The notes beneath the pieces were generated by a model, which saw only the letters and a program-made list of their open reading frames with translations, ran no database searches and had not been told where the DNA came from. The translations under genes were made by a program, and so were the position numbers. Shown piece by piece: positions 51,883-61,651 of a DNA stretch of 64,000 bases. This DNA is from Bacteroidota bacterium. GTDB lineage: Bacteria > Bacteroidota > Ignavibacteria > UBA10030. Where the stretch lies: NCBI GenBank assembly GCA_026416125.1, contig JAOAFT010000006.1:13015-77014 (forward strand), read 5' to 3'. Positions within the stretch are counted from its first letter, which is position 1, and every line of letters begins with the position of its first letter.

Positions 51883-52717
51883 GTGACTGAATGGTTACTT
51901 TTGTATTGTACAACTGCCCTCGTTCGTCATATCCAGTGCGATGCGTTAATGCAATTCGGCATATATACGGTGAGGCACTAGATATGCGTACACCAGCTTG
52001 ATAGCTCTGTGTTGAACCAAAGTTTACTTCATCGCGGAATTTTATATCGAAGGCCATGTACCCCATAAGCGCCGGTGTAATGTGTGTGTGAACAACATCC
52101 GCTCCTACTTCAAATAACCACAATGGCGTTTTTCCTGATGGAACCTTAAATGTATGATGATAAAAGAATCCACCATAGATATATCCTTTGAAAATATCCA
52201 TACGTTTAAGAACAAACACTCTGTAGTAATCGCGTACATAATTTATTGAGTGTTGGAACCCAAGTATCTCTAACGCATCGTCATTGAGATGGTGACTTGT
52301 ATGACCTGCACCTATTTGAAAAAATGTGGACGAATCCCATGTAATGGTAACGTATAGATCAACATAGAAATCTGTATTGATAACTCTGAAACTCCCTGGT
52401 TTATGGTCGAGTTGTGTGAATACCGTACCAGCACCAACCACATCGGCAAGAAGATTGTCTTTTCTATAGTATACTAGTGGAATACTACGACCAAAACCAA
52501 CCCAGAAGTGATCTTTGTTCAGGAACTTACTCACTGAAAATCCATGATCTGTACAGTTCGCAGTGAACTGTGGCATTAATCGTTGGAACGGGAAAAACGT
52601 ATACACGGATTTCTTTTCTTGTGTAAATGCAATTGAAAACAACAGTACTTGAAGAAGGTGTATTAACAATCGCTTTCGTGTTGTACTGGAGTTCCTCTTT
52701 TCCTTTCGCATTACCAC
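51860..52717 (-). CDS. Hypothetical outer-membrane beta-barrel-like protein.
   Basis: N-terminal hydrophobic segment. Alternating aromatic/hydrophobic pattern. C-terminal ...GVYFDF with a terminal Phe, typical of OM barrels. Confidence 0.45.
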   Translation of the reverse strand: MVMRKEKRNSSTTRKRLLIHLLQVLLFSIAFTQEKKSVYTFFPFQRLMPQFTANCTDHGFSVSKFLNKDHFWVGFGRSIPLVYYRKDNLLADVVGAGTVFTQLDHKPGSFRVINTDFYVDLYVTITWDSSTFFQIGAGHTSHHLNDDALEILGFQHSINYVRDYYRVFVLKRMDIFKGYIYGGFFYHHTFKVPSGKTPLWLFEVGADVVHTHITPALMGYMAFDIKFRDEVNFGSTQSYQAGVRISSASPYICRIALTHRTGYDERGQLYNTKVTIQSLGVYFDF

Positions 52718-52749
52718 ATACTCACACAGAGTGTTTCAACGATCAGAAA

Positions 52750-53484
52750 TTATTGCATTGTAGTTTGTGAATGCTGTTTCACAAGCGTTACCATCTGTCG
52801 TACAGCCTCAGCCAAGCCAACTTCGAGAGCTCGTACAATGATTGCATATCCAATACTTACTTCTTGGATTTCGGATATTGCTGCAATTGGGATAATATTG
52901 TTGTAATCAAGTCCATGACCAGCATTTACCTTCATTCCTAATTGTTTCCCTAGAATAGCCGCTGCTCGTATACGCTCAAGATGTTGCTTGATTTCTTTCT
53001 CAGTGGTTGATTCAGCATACTCACCAGTGTGCAGCTCGATCATATCGGTTCCTGTTTCTGCGGCAGCTCGTACGTGCTCCTCCACTGGATCGATAAACAG
53101 GCTTACAGGAATGTTATGAGCATGAAATCGTTCAACCACTTTAGTGTAATATTCTTTCTGCATAAGGATATCAATTCCCCGTTCCGTTGTCAATTCCTGA
53201 CGTCGTTCAGGTACAAGCGTTACAAGGTCTGGCTTTACTTGGCATGCAATTGTTATAATCTCCTCTGTTGCTGCCATTTCAAGATCAAGCTTTGTCCGAA
53301 TTGCCGATCGAAGGCGCCATACGTCCTCATCCCTTATGTGGCGTCGGTCCTCGCGGAGATGGCACACAATGCCCACAGCTCCAGCTTCTTCGCACACGAG
53401 TGCTGCAAGAACAGGGTCAGGTTGTTGTCCACCACGTGCATTTCGTAGTGTTGCAATGTGATCAATATTAATAGCTACATGCAT
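52750..53484 (-). CDS. pdxJ: Pyridoxine 5'-phosphate synthase. The ORF-track start is 53511; the likely start is MHVAINIDH.
   Basis: INIDHIATLRNARGG...HLREDRRHI signature. TIM-barrel length. Confidence 0.9.
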   Translation of the reverse strand: MHVAINIDHIATLRNARGGQQPDPVLAALVCEEAGAVGIVCHLREDRRHIRDEDVWRLRSAIRTKLDLEMAATEEIITIACQVKPDLVTLVPERRQELTTERGIDILMQKEYYTKVVERFHAHNIPVSLFIDPVEEHVRAAAETGTDMIELHTGEYAESTTEKEIKQHLERIRAAAILGKQLGMKVNAGHGLDYNNIIPIAAISEIQEVSIGYAIIVRALEVGLAEAVRQMVTLVKQHSQTTMQ

Positions 53485-53549
53485 AGCAATCACCTCGGTG
53501 CAAATATACAAAATAATGAGGAAGAAACCCTAACACGTTATGAACGTAC

Positions 53550-54224
53550 CTAGCGTTGATAGTGATAAAAGATCCCAAAGTCAAATACCGTCCACAATGC
53601 AGCAGGAAGTCCACTTTCTTTTAAACCACAATTTATCCACGTGTTGCATGTATTAAAAAGGTGAAATGTTCCTCTTGCTTCGTAGAACGCATCACATCCA
53701 TAGTATGTAGTGGTTCCAATCCTTCGAACGTTCCCTTGCTCATCATATTGGAAACCTCTCTCAATGTAGTTTACGAGTCGTTGGTACTGTTCCTCTGAAA
53801 TACTCAACGCTATAACACGGTTGGTAGGGATAATTTCTCTATACACAGTTACATGCATTGCAGCGGATGTTGGTAAAAACAGAGCAGAGAAGGCATTCCA
53901 GATTGTTAAATCATCCCATGTTGGTGTTTCGAGATAGAATGTACGATCGCCCCATCCAAACGCAATCCACTGCGGTGAATCCATCGTCGGAGCAATATCT
54001 GAAAGTGAAAATACTCTGCTCCAATCCTTTACAGGTGAAACAACTGGAACTACGAAATCCGTATGGATCCCATTCGACCAAAGATACAGTGGAATTGATG
54101 GTTCACTAGCTTGCTGAAAATCAGCATGGACAGGTATGACTGTACCTATTACGACTGCTCCACAGTAGAGTAAAACTCCTGAAACAATAAGTACCATTAT
54201 AGTTCTCACGGTTATGACAATCAA
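53550..54224 (-). CDS. Hypothetical membrane-anchored protein.
   Basis: N-terminal TM. Conserved-looking W/Y-rich core. Family not identified. Confidence 0.4.
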   Translation of the reverse strand: MIVITVRTIMVLIVSGVLLYCGAVVIGTVIPVHADFQQASEPSIPLYLWSNGIHTDFVVPVVSPVKDWSRVFSLSDIAPTMDSPQWIAFGWGDRTFYLETPTWDDLTIWNAFSALFLPTSAAMHVTVYREIIPTNRVIALSISEEQYQRLVNYIERGFQYDEQGNVRRIGTTTYYGCDAFYEARGTFHLFNTCNTWINCGLKESGLPAALWTVFDFGIFYHYQR

Positions 54225-54389
54225 TAATTCTTTATCTCATGCTAATAATAATTCTACATCTTTTCTCACCAATTCACAAGAATCAAGCATTGCCTTCGTA
54301 GAATCAACATAGTACTTTATGTATGGAGTGAAACATTTATTTTGCTTATCTCGTAATAGTAAGTACAACTACGGTAGAACGAAGGAACT

Positions 54390-56042
54390 ATGAAACGTTT
54401 TTTACTAACTTTCTGCAGTCTAACGCTTATTCCTTGCACTCTCTGGACACAGGAAAAAGAGCTCCCCATCAAAAACAACGATGTTTCAATAGCTATTACC
54501 ACCCAGATCGAAACTATCGTAAACCAGATACTACGACAGAATGTTCATTCCACAGACACTATTGATACTACCGATACAATCGAAATTTTTTCAGAGGACG
54601 AGAATCTCGAAACAAAGGGGAACATTATTAACGGCGATCTAACAATTACAGAAAACTCAGTGTACAACTCGAGTGTAGTTGTAAAAAATGGTACACTCCG
54701 TGTAGCGGGCACACTTCGAGGGAACGCCGTTGTACTTAATGGTGACCTTATTGTAAATTCTACTGGAGTAATTGAGGGAAATGCAGAGGTTATCAACGGT
54801 AGAATCATTAAGGACACGGGAGCATCAATCCTTGGGTACGAAGATATTAGTACAACTCACACACGATCACCAAAATTATTTCGTAAGCGCTTGTTCCATT
54901 CAAGTACTGCCTTCGATGTCCCATGGCGGTATGATCTTACAGATATAGACCAATTCATTTTCCGCTACAATCGTGTTGAAAGTGTTTTCTTAGGACTCGG
55001 TTCAGAGAAAAAATACTACTGGGATGGACGTCGCTCATGGAACGCTTATGGATTCATTGGGTGGGGGTTCAAATCACACAAGTGGAGAACATTACTTGGT
55101 CTAAGCCGACAGTTTCGTTTTAGCAACGAACATACTGATCGGATTTTTGATATCGGATTCGAAGGGTACAGTCTTACAGATACAAAGGATCGGTGGTACA
55201 TCTCAACCGTGGAGAATACACTTGCAGCCCTCCTTATGCACGAAGACTTTCGTGATTACTTCCAACGAGAAGGTTATACACTTTACCTCGGTCACTCCAC
55301 ACAATCGGAAACATTGAAGACAGAACTCACTTTTGCATTCAAGGCCGATGCATACGAATCAATGGCAAAACGTGTTGATTGGGCATTCTTCGGTGGAAAG
55401 AAGCGTTTCCGCGAAAATCCCCCCATACGAGAAGGAAAATTACGGAGTTTCGTTTTAAGCGGTGGACTCTCAACGGTGACAAAAACAAATGTTGGCTTGC
55501 ATGGGTGGAATGTATACGCATCACTTGAATTTTCACGCCGCTCGATTGGTAGCAATGTCGGATTCGATCAGTACATTGTTGACATCAGTCGCTTTCAACC
55601 ACTCGATAGCTACAATAATTTAAATGTACACCTTCGTGTAGGTACTGCTGACGGCACTCTACCACCACAACGATCCTTTGAACTCGGTGGTATTGGTACC
55701 TTGAATGCATTTCCAACAAAAGCCTTTGCAGGGAACAGAATGTTTCTGCTAAACACAGAGTTCATTCTCAACGGTAGCATATTCGATGATCTCGATCTAT
55801 TACCTTTTGAAATGTTTAATTATATCATCCTCATTCTAATGTCAGATGCTGGGTGGGTTACGTCAGTGCCAGGGTGGTACTCACCTGTTAAAGGGTTCAG
55901 CTCACTCTCGTTCAAAACCTTACACCATAATCTTGGTATTGCCGTCGGTAATCGTTCTGGATCATATCGAATTGGATTTGTCTGGCGTACCGACCAACGT
56001 AAACAAGTACAATTACTCCTCCGTCTCCAACGACCATTCTAA
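54390..56042 (+). CDS. Hypothetical OM protein: signal peptide + bactofilin-like beta-helix segment + C-terminal Omp85/surface-antigen-like barrel.
   Basis: GNIINGDLTITENSVYNSSVVVKNGTLRVAGTLRGNAVVLNGDLIVNSTGVIEGNAEVINGRII (bactofilin-type repeat). C-terminal FELGGIGTLNAFPTKAFAGNRMFLLNTEF resembles the Omp85 LGG..(LR)GF...G motif. Ends in Phe. Confidence 0.5.
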   Translation: MKRFLLTFCSLTLIPCTLWTQEKELPIKNNDVSIAITTQIETIVNQILRQNVHSTDTIDTTDTIEIFSEDENLETKGNIINGDLTITENSVYNSSVVVKNGTLRVAGTLRGNAVVLNGDLIVNSTGVIEGNAEVINGRIIKDTGASILGYEDISTTHTRSPKLFRKRLFHSSTAFDVPWRYDLTDIDQFIFRYNRVESVFLGLGSEKKYYWDGRRSWNAYGFIGWGFKSHKWRTLLGLSRQFRFSNEHTDRIFDIGFEGYSLTDTKDRWYISTVENTLAALLMHEDFRDYFQREGYTLYLGHSTQSETLKTELTFAFKADAYESMAKRVDWAFFGGKKRFRENPPIREGKLRSFVLSGGLSTVTKTNVGLHGWNVYASLEFSRRSIGSNVGFDQYIVDISRFQPLDSYNNLNVHLRVGTADGTLPPQRSFELGGIGTLNAFPTKAFAGNRMFLLNTEFILNGSIFDDLDLLPFEMFNYIILILMSDAGWVTSVPGWYSPVKGFSSLSFKTLHHNLGIAVGNRSGSYRIGFVWRTDQRKQVQLLLRLQRPF

Positions 56043-56178
56043 CCCATGTGCACTTCGGTATGTTCTTTTGATGCACTTCATGTGTACAAACTAAATAAGT
56101 GAAAAAACTCATCTCTGGTTTTCTTTGAAAGCGCAACAAATTTCTCTATATTCTACTTGAATAACTGAAGGATACCCA

Positions 56179-57051
56179 ATGAAACACCGCTGGATTCTGA
56201 TTACTATTGTCGCAATACTTGCTCTCCAGGGCTGCATTCAAACAATTGCAGTCCGCAGCATGAGTGGTATATTCCAGAACGGCATTGCTACATATATGGA
56301 AGAGAGCGATCTTCAACTTGCACGTGAATCGTTAGGGAGCACATTGAAACTCATTGAAACACTAATTAAAACTGACCCTAATAACAAAGATCTCCTTGTA
56401 TACGCCGCACAAGGGTACCAAGCCTATGGACTAGCATTTTGCGAGGATATTGATGACGAGCGTGCGCGAACATTCTATCTTCGAGGGAAGGAATACGGCC
56501 TCCGTGCTCTTACACAGAACAAGCATTTTGTACAAGGACTCGATGGTACACTTGAACAGTTCCGTGTCGGTGTACTCACGTTTTCGAAAAACGATGTCCC
56601 TGCAATATTTTGGACCGCCTTTAATTGGGGAAGCTACATTAACATCACTCGAAGTGATGTTACAGCCCTTGCAGATATTCCCAAAGTGCTTGAATTAATT
56701 TCGTTTGTTCTACACCACGATTCAGCGTACTACTATGGTGCTGCATATGTTTTCCTCGGTACAATTGAGGCAACAACACCGAAAGCACTCGGTGGAAATC
56801 CAGACAAAGCGAAAGAGTACTTTGAAAAAGCACTAGCGCTCAACAACGGTACATTTCTCCTCACACACGTTTACTATGCGAAGAGTTACGCTGTACAGGA
56901 ACAAAATAAAGCTTTGTTCGATTCTCTCTTGAGCATCGTAGAAACAACGCCGCTCGATATCGCCCCAAATATTCGACTACCCAATGCTGTCGCGAAAGAA
57001 AAGGCTAAACGACTACGTGAACGAGAATCTGATTTCTTTGAAGAAGGATAG
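56179..57051 (+). CDS. tatT: TPR-like lipoprotein. A candidate TatT-family component of a TPR-protein-associated TRAP transporter.
   Basis: Lipoprotein-type signal (…ALQGC). All-helical TPR-like repeats. Sits immediately upstream of dctP-dctQ-dctM. Homology to the TatT family is from memory. Confidence 0.5.
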   Translation: MKHRWILITIVAILALQGCIQTIAVRSMSGIFQNGIATYMEESDLQLARESLGSTLKLIETLIKTDPNNKDLLVYAAQGYQAYGLAFCEDIDDERARTFYLRGKEYGLRALTQNKHFVQGLDGTLEQFRVGVLTFSKNDVPAIFWTAFNWGSYINITRSDVTALADIPKVLELISFVLHHDSAYYYGAAYVFLGTIEATTPKALGGNPDKAKEYFEKALALNNGTFLLTHVYYAKSYAVQEQNKALFDSLLSIVETTPLDIAPNIRLPNAVAKEKAKRLRERESDFFEEG

Positions 57052-57057
57052 AACTCT

Positions 57058-58056
57058 ATGGTACGATCTATTTCTCTTCGAATTCTTCCATTTATATTCA
57101 CTCCATTACTATCATTTGCACAACTGTATACCATCAAATTTGCATCAATTACTCCCGAGGGAACAACGTGGATGAACGTGATGCGTGAGTACGACGACGC
57201 TGTACGAAAAGAAAGCAACGGCAAACTCGGCTTCAAGATGTATCCTGGAATGACGCAAGGCGATGAGAAAACAGTGGTACGAAAAATTGCTATCGGACAA
57301 CTCCATGCAGCTGGGTTTACTGGTGTTGGGCTAGGAGAAATTTCGCCAAAGATTCGGATTCTCGATACACCATTCCTTGTTAAAGATAGTAAAGAAATTG
57401 ATCACCTCTACACTGTTCTAGAGCCCGACATTCGGTCTGCACTTGAAGAGAATGGATATATACTTCTTGGACTTGTCGAGATCGGTTTTGTCTATATTTT
57501 TAGTAACACCCCAATAAAAAAAGTTGAGGACGTACGACAAGTGAAAATGTGGGTGTGGGAAGGTGATCCGGTTGCAGAAGTAGCATTCACATCAATGAAC
57601 ATCAAACCAATCCCTCTTTCAATTGATAACGTTCGTACATCACTCCAAACAGGGTTAGTCAATGCTTTCTACACTACACCATACGCTAGCATTTCACTCC
57701 AGTGGTATACACAAGCAAAGTATATGGTCGATTTCCCACTAACTTGTTCAAATGGTGCAGTTGTCATTTCAAAAAAATTCTTCGACAAACTACCCCCTGC
57801 ATTCCAAGAAATTCTTCTTCGAAACGGGAAGAAGTTTATGGCTCGCTTAACAGAGCTTGGACGAAAAGATAACGAACAAAGTCGTAAAGAACTTCAAAAA
57901 CGCGGATTAATTTTTACAAATATCGATGAAAACGATGCAAAAGAGTACATTGCGACAGGGAACAAAGCGCGTCGTATGCTCCTCGGAAAATTGTACGATG
58001 AGGCATTCCTCACGAAGGTAGAATCCATCATCAACGAATATCGGAAGAAAAGATGA
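57058..58056 (+). CDS. dctP: TRAP transporter substrate-binding protein (DctP family).
   Basis: Signal peptide. DctP-family periplasmic binding protein length and motifs. Start 7 nt after the tatT-like stop. Confidence 0.8.
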   Translation: MVRSISLRILPFIFTPLLSFAQLYTIKFASITPEGTTWMNVMREYDDAVRKESNGKLGFKMYPGMTQGDEKTVVRKIAIGQLHAAGFTGVGLGEISPKIRILDTPFLVKDSKEIDHLYTVLEPDIRSALEENGYILLGLVEIGFVYIFSNTPIKKVEDVRQVKMWVWEGDPVAEVAFTSMNIKPIPLSIDNVRTSLQTGLVNAFYTTPYASISLQWYTQAKYMVDFPLTCSNGAVVISKKFFDKLPPAFQEILLRNGKKFMARLTELGRKDNEQSRKELQKRGLIFTNIDENDAKEYIATGNKARRMLLGKLYDEAFLTKVESIINEYRKKR

Positions 58057-58550
58057 AATTCTTAAAGTGGTTCGAATCTCTCCTTACAAAGTGTGAAACT
58101 ATTCTTGTTGTCATTCTCCTGATTGTAATGCTCATCCTTGGGTTTACACAAGTACTCCTCAGAAACATTTTTCATAGTGGAATTGTATGGGGCGATATTG
58201 TGCTTCGACATCTCGTCCTCTGGATTGGTTTCGTTGGTGCACTTCTTGCCACAACAGCTAATAAACATATTTCTATCGATGTATTCACACGCTTCCTTTC
58301 ACCACCACATAAACTCACCATTCAGATTCTCATTGACCTTTTTTCAGCACTTATTTGTACACTTCTTTTCCACGCAGCACTCACATTTGTTACCTACGAA
58401 ATAGACTCCCAGCACACTGTTTATGCCGATATTCCCTCGTGGTATGCTCAGAGCATTATTCCTTTAGGGTATGGATTGCTTAGTCTCCACTTCCTCTTAC
58501 GCATTGTTTCAAACATTTATTGTTTACTTAAAGGAGGCTCAGCGCACTAA
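58053..58550 (+). CDS. dctQ: TRAP transporter small permease (DctQ family, 4 TM).
   Basis: About 165 aa with 4 TM helices. Overlaps the dctP stop. Confidence 0.8.
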   Translation: MKFLKWFESLLTKCETILVVILLIVMLILGFTQVLLRNIFHSGIVWGDIVLRHLVLWIGFVGALLATTANKHISIDVFTRFLSPPHKLTIQILIDLFSALICTLLFHAALTFVTYEIDSQHTVYADIPSWYAQSIIPLGYGLLSLHFLLRIVSNIYCLLKGGSAH

Positions 58551-59830
58551 TGGATCAATGGCTTATTCTCGTGTGCATTATACTTCTTGCTCTTCTCGGT
58601 GCGCCGCTCTTTACCGTTCTTGGCGCACTGGCACTGTATTTTTTTTCAGTTGCTGAGATTGATCCTGCTGCAGTTATTATTGAGCTCTACCGTATTGCAG
58701 AAACACCAACACTCATTGCTATTCCCCTCTTTACCTTTGCAGGATACATGCTTGCTGAATCACGTTCAGCTCAACGACTTGTTAACCTCGCCCAAGCATA
58801 TTTCGGATGGTTTCGTGGTGGCCTTGCTATTGTCGTTCTCCTCACCTGTGCATTTTTCACAGCATTCACAGGCGCATCTGGGGTAACAATAATTGCGCTC
58901 GGTGGACTCCTCTACCCAATGTTATTAAAAGAACATTACAATGAACAATTCTCGCTCGGTCTTGTTACTGCATCAGGGAGCATTGGTCTCTTGTTTCCAC
59001 CAAGTCTTCCAATTATTATCTATGGAATGACTGCTGAAACGAGTATCGATAAACTCTTTGTTGCTGGTATTATTCCTGGTTTTCTTCTCATTGCAGTTCT
59101 CTCTCTCTACAGTATCATCGAAGGAGCACGCACCCACGTTCCAAGAATCCCATTTAATCTCTCTCATGCTCTGAAGTCAACAAGAGAGGCAAGTTGGGAA
59201 ATTCCCATTCCTTTCATCATTATAGGTGGTATTTACAGTGGATTGATAACTGCAACAGAAGCAGCTGCTGTGACTGCAGTGTATGTATTTTTCGTGGAGT
59301 TTTTCGTTTATAAAGATCTTTCAATGAAAAAGGATTTTCCCCGTATTGTTCGCGAGAGCATGATCCTTGTCGGAGCGATACTTTCAATTATTGGAGTTGC
59401 ACTGGGTCTCACAAATTATCTCATCGATGCACAAGTACCTCAACGACTCTTTGAATTTGTACAAACTCACATATCAAGTACAACCACATTTCTCCTGATT
59501 CTTAATGTATTCCTCATTCTCGTAGGAATGATGATGGATATTTTCTCTGCCATCCTTGTTGTTGTCCCTCTCATTCTCCCTATTGCAAGTGCATTTGGTA
59601 TCAATCCCATTCACCTTGGCATCATCTTTCTTACGAATCTTGAAATTGGGTACTTAACACCTCCAGTTGGTCTTAACCTTTTCATGTCAAGCTTACGATT
59701 TGAAAAATCCATACTTACAATTGCAAAGTCAGTACTCATATTTATTGGACTTGAAGTGGTGGCGCTTCTCGTAATAACGTACGTTCCAGCGTTTAGCTTG
59801 TGGTTGGTTGATCTAGTTGGGGTACGATAA
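58550..59830 (+). CDS. dctM: TRAP transporter large permease (DctM family, 12 TM).
   Basis: 426-aa polytopic DctM-like sequence. Start overlaps the dctQ stop. Confidence 0.85.
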   Translation: MDQWLILVCIILLALLGAPLFTVLGALALYFFSVAEIDPAAVIIELYRIAETPTLIAIPLFTFAGYMLAESRSAQRLVNLAQAYFGWFRGGLAIVVLLTCAFFTAFTGASGVTIIALGGLLYPMLLKEHYNEQFSLGLVTASGSIGLLFPPSLPIIIYGMTAETSIDKLFVAGIIPGFLLIAVLSLYSIIEGARTHVPRIPFNLSHALKSTREASWEIPIPFIIIGGIYSGLITATEAAAVTAVYVFFVEFFVYKDLSMKKDFPRIVRESMILVGAILSIIGVALGLTNYLIDAQVPQRLFEFVQTHISSTTTFLLILNVFLILVGMMMDIFSAILVVVPLILPIASAFGINPIHLGIIFLTNLEIGYLTPPVGLNLFMSSLRFEKSILTIAKSVLIFIGLEVVALLVITYVPAFSLWLVDLVGVR

Positions 59831-59836
59831 AAAAAT

Positions 59837-59856
59837 GGACAAGATTGAACTTGTCC
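59837..59856. terminator. Shared stem-loop GGACAAG-ATTGAA-CTTGTCC between convergent dctM (+) and THX (-). The U-run lies on the minus-strand side.
   Basis: 7-bp perfect stem. On the minus strand the hairpin is followed by ATTTTTTT. It sits 7 nt after the dctM stop and 2 nt after the THX stop. Confidence 0.6.
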
Positions 59857-59858
59857 AT

Positions 59859-59990
59859 TCACGAGGTAGGAGTAGAAGCTTCTTGTTGAGCTGCTTTTAG
59901 CGCACGTTTCTTCCTCTTCTTTGGCCTACTTTTCCCATAAGTTCCACGGAAAATTTTTCCACGTTTTGTTCGTTGATCACCTTTTCCCAT
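59859..59990 (-). CDS. 30S ribosomal protein THX (bTHX), 43 aa. Not in the ORF track because it is below the length cutoff.
   Basis: Manual translation: [43 protein letters not shown]. It matches the THX consensus MGKGDRRTxRGKIxRG[ST]YGKxRP known from Thermus, Bacteroidetes and Chlorobi. Confidence 0.75.
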   Translation of the reverse strand: MGKGDQRTKRGKIFRGTYGKSRPKKRKKRALKAAQQEASTPTS

Positions 59991-60121
59991 ACACAATCCT
60001 TTCGTATTAATTCCACAACACTTTTAAAATAACGAGGAATATATGGGTATGCAAGTTGTTTCTTCTACTCTAAAAATTTTTGTACCTTTATTGTAACTCA
60101 TTAACAAACAATGCGTTGTCT

Positions 60122-61237
60122 ATGGCAGATTTTGAAATTACAATCATTGGAGCCGGTGTTGTTGGACTTGCAATTGCAGAACGTCTTTCTGTGCGACATT
60201 CGCATCTTCTTATTCTCGAAAAAAACGAGCGATACGGCATGGAAACATCGAGTAGGAACAGCGAAGTGATTCATGCTGGAATTTACTACAAACCTGGATC
60301 TTTAAAAGCACGTCTTTGTACTGAAGGAAGGGATTTACTCTACGATCTCTGCAAGCAGTACAATATCACCCATCGTAAAATCACAAAACTTATTACAGCT
60401 ACAACAGAAAATGAAGTAGAGCAGCTCGAACGGATAGCTTCTAATGCTGAGCAAAATGGTGTTCACCTCAAGTTTCTTACAAAAGAGGAAACCCTCAAGC
60501 TTGAACCTAACATCCGAACATTTGGCGCCCTCTTTTCACCACTCACTGGAATCGTGAGCGTACATCACCTCATGGATTTCTTTGCTCACAGTGCACAGGA
60601 GCACGGTGCAATACTACATTGTCGATGCGAAGTACTTGCTATCGAATACACTGGAACAATGTACAACATTACAGTCAACGACAACGGTACTATAACGACA
60701 CTTACGAGCGATATTGTCATCAACGCTGCTGGATTGCAGAGCGACATCGTTGCCGCGATGGTAGGGATCGATGTCGATTCTGCTGGGTACCGGTTGACCT
60801 ATGCAAAAGGATCGTACTTTGTAGTGGTACCATCGAAGGCGAAATTAATTACTCGTCTTGTTTACCCCGTACCACAGAACGAAGGACTTGGCGTGCATGC
60901 TCTCGTTGACTGGGGAGGGCGACTTAAATTCGGTCCCGATGTAGAGTATCTTCCTGATCGTACACTTAATTATGCTGTTGACGAAACAAAACGACATTAT
61001 TTTGCTGAATCGATTCGCCGAATTCTTCCTTCAATTACAGATGATGACATTGAACCAGACATGAGTGGCATTCGTCCAAAATTGCAAAGAAAAGGTGAAC
61101 CACCAAAAGATTTCGTGATCATCCATGAACGTGAACGAGGCCTTCCAGGATTCGTCAATCTGATTGGAATTGAATCTCCCGGATTAACATCATCCCCTGC
61201 CATTGCTCGATACGTAGAACAGTTACTTTTCGGTTAG
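60122..61237 (+). CDS. lhgO: FAD-dependent oxidoreductase of the L-2-hydroxyglutarate oxidase (LhgO) family. The ORF-track start is 60080; the likely start is MADFEI.
   Basis: N-terminal FAD motif ITIIGAGVVGLAIAERL. DAO-family length. Confidence 0.75.
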   Translation: MADFEITIIGAGVVGLAIAERLSVRHSHLLILEKNERYGMETSSRNSEVIHAGIYYKPGSLKARLCTEGRDLLYDLCKQYNITHRKITKLITATTENEVEQLERIASNAEQNGVHLKFLTKEETLKLEPNIRTFGALFSPLTGIVSVHHLMDFFAHSAQEHGAILHCRCEVLAIEYTGTMYNITVNDNGTITTLTSDIVINAAGLQSDIVAAMVGIDVDSAGYRLTYAKGSYFVVVPSKAKLITRLVYPVPQNEGLGVHALVDWGGRLKFGPDVEYLPDRTLNYAVDETKRHYFAESIRRILPSITDDDIEPDMSGIRPKLQRKGEPPKDFVIIHERERGLPGFVNLIGIESPGLTSSPAIARYVEQLLFG

Positions 61238-61319
61238 CATTACTAAGCGATTTTTGAAATCAGCAATCTTTTCGGTATATTAGTGGTCGTACCAACAAAA
61301 GTACAATGTCCACATAAAC

Positions 61320-61407
61320 GGAGAGATGCAGGAGTGGTTGAACTGGCACGCCTGGAGAGCGTGTGTACCCCTCAAGGGTACCGTGGGTTCGAATCCCACT
61401 CTCTCCG
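61320..61407 (+). tRNA. tRNA-Ser (anticodon GGA), class II with a long variable arm.
   Basis: Acceptor GGAGAGA/TCTCTCC, anticodon stem CACGC/GCGTG, loop CTGGAGA, T-arm GGGTTCGAATCCC, discriminator G. Confidence 0.8.
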
Positions 61408-61434
61408 CGAAGAGATGTTCTCACCCAAATAAGA

Positions 61435-61521
61435 GGAAGGGTGCGAGAGTGGTTGAATCGGCCGGTCTCGAAAACCGGTATACGCTTCGGCGTATCGAGG
61501 GTTCGAATCCCTCCCCTTCCG
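61435..61521 (+). tRNA. tRNA-Ser (anticodon CGA), class II.
   Basis: Acceptor GGAAGGG/CCCTTCC, anticodon stem CCGGT/ACCGG, loop CTCGAAA, T-arm GGGTTCGAATCCC, discriminator G. Confidence 0.75.
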
Positions 61522-61651
61522 CTCCGCACATTTGTTATACATTTTCACTCAATTCCGTACTTTAGATATATATCACTACTTTCGAAGTCGTAATTCTAAA
61601 TTCAACACTCTCAAATCAAATATTTTGAATCTTGTTTCTGTTGTGAAGCAC

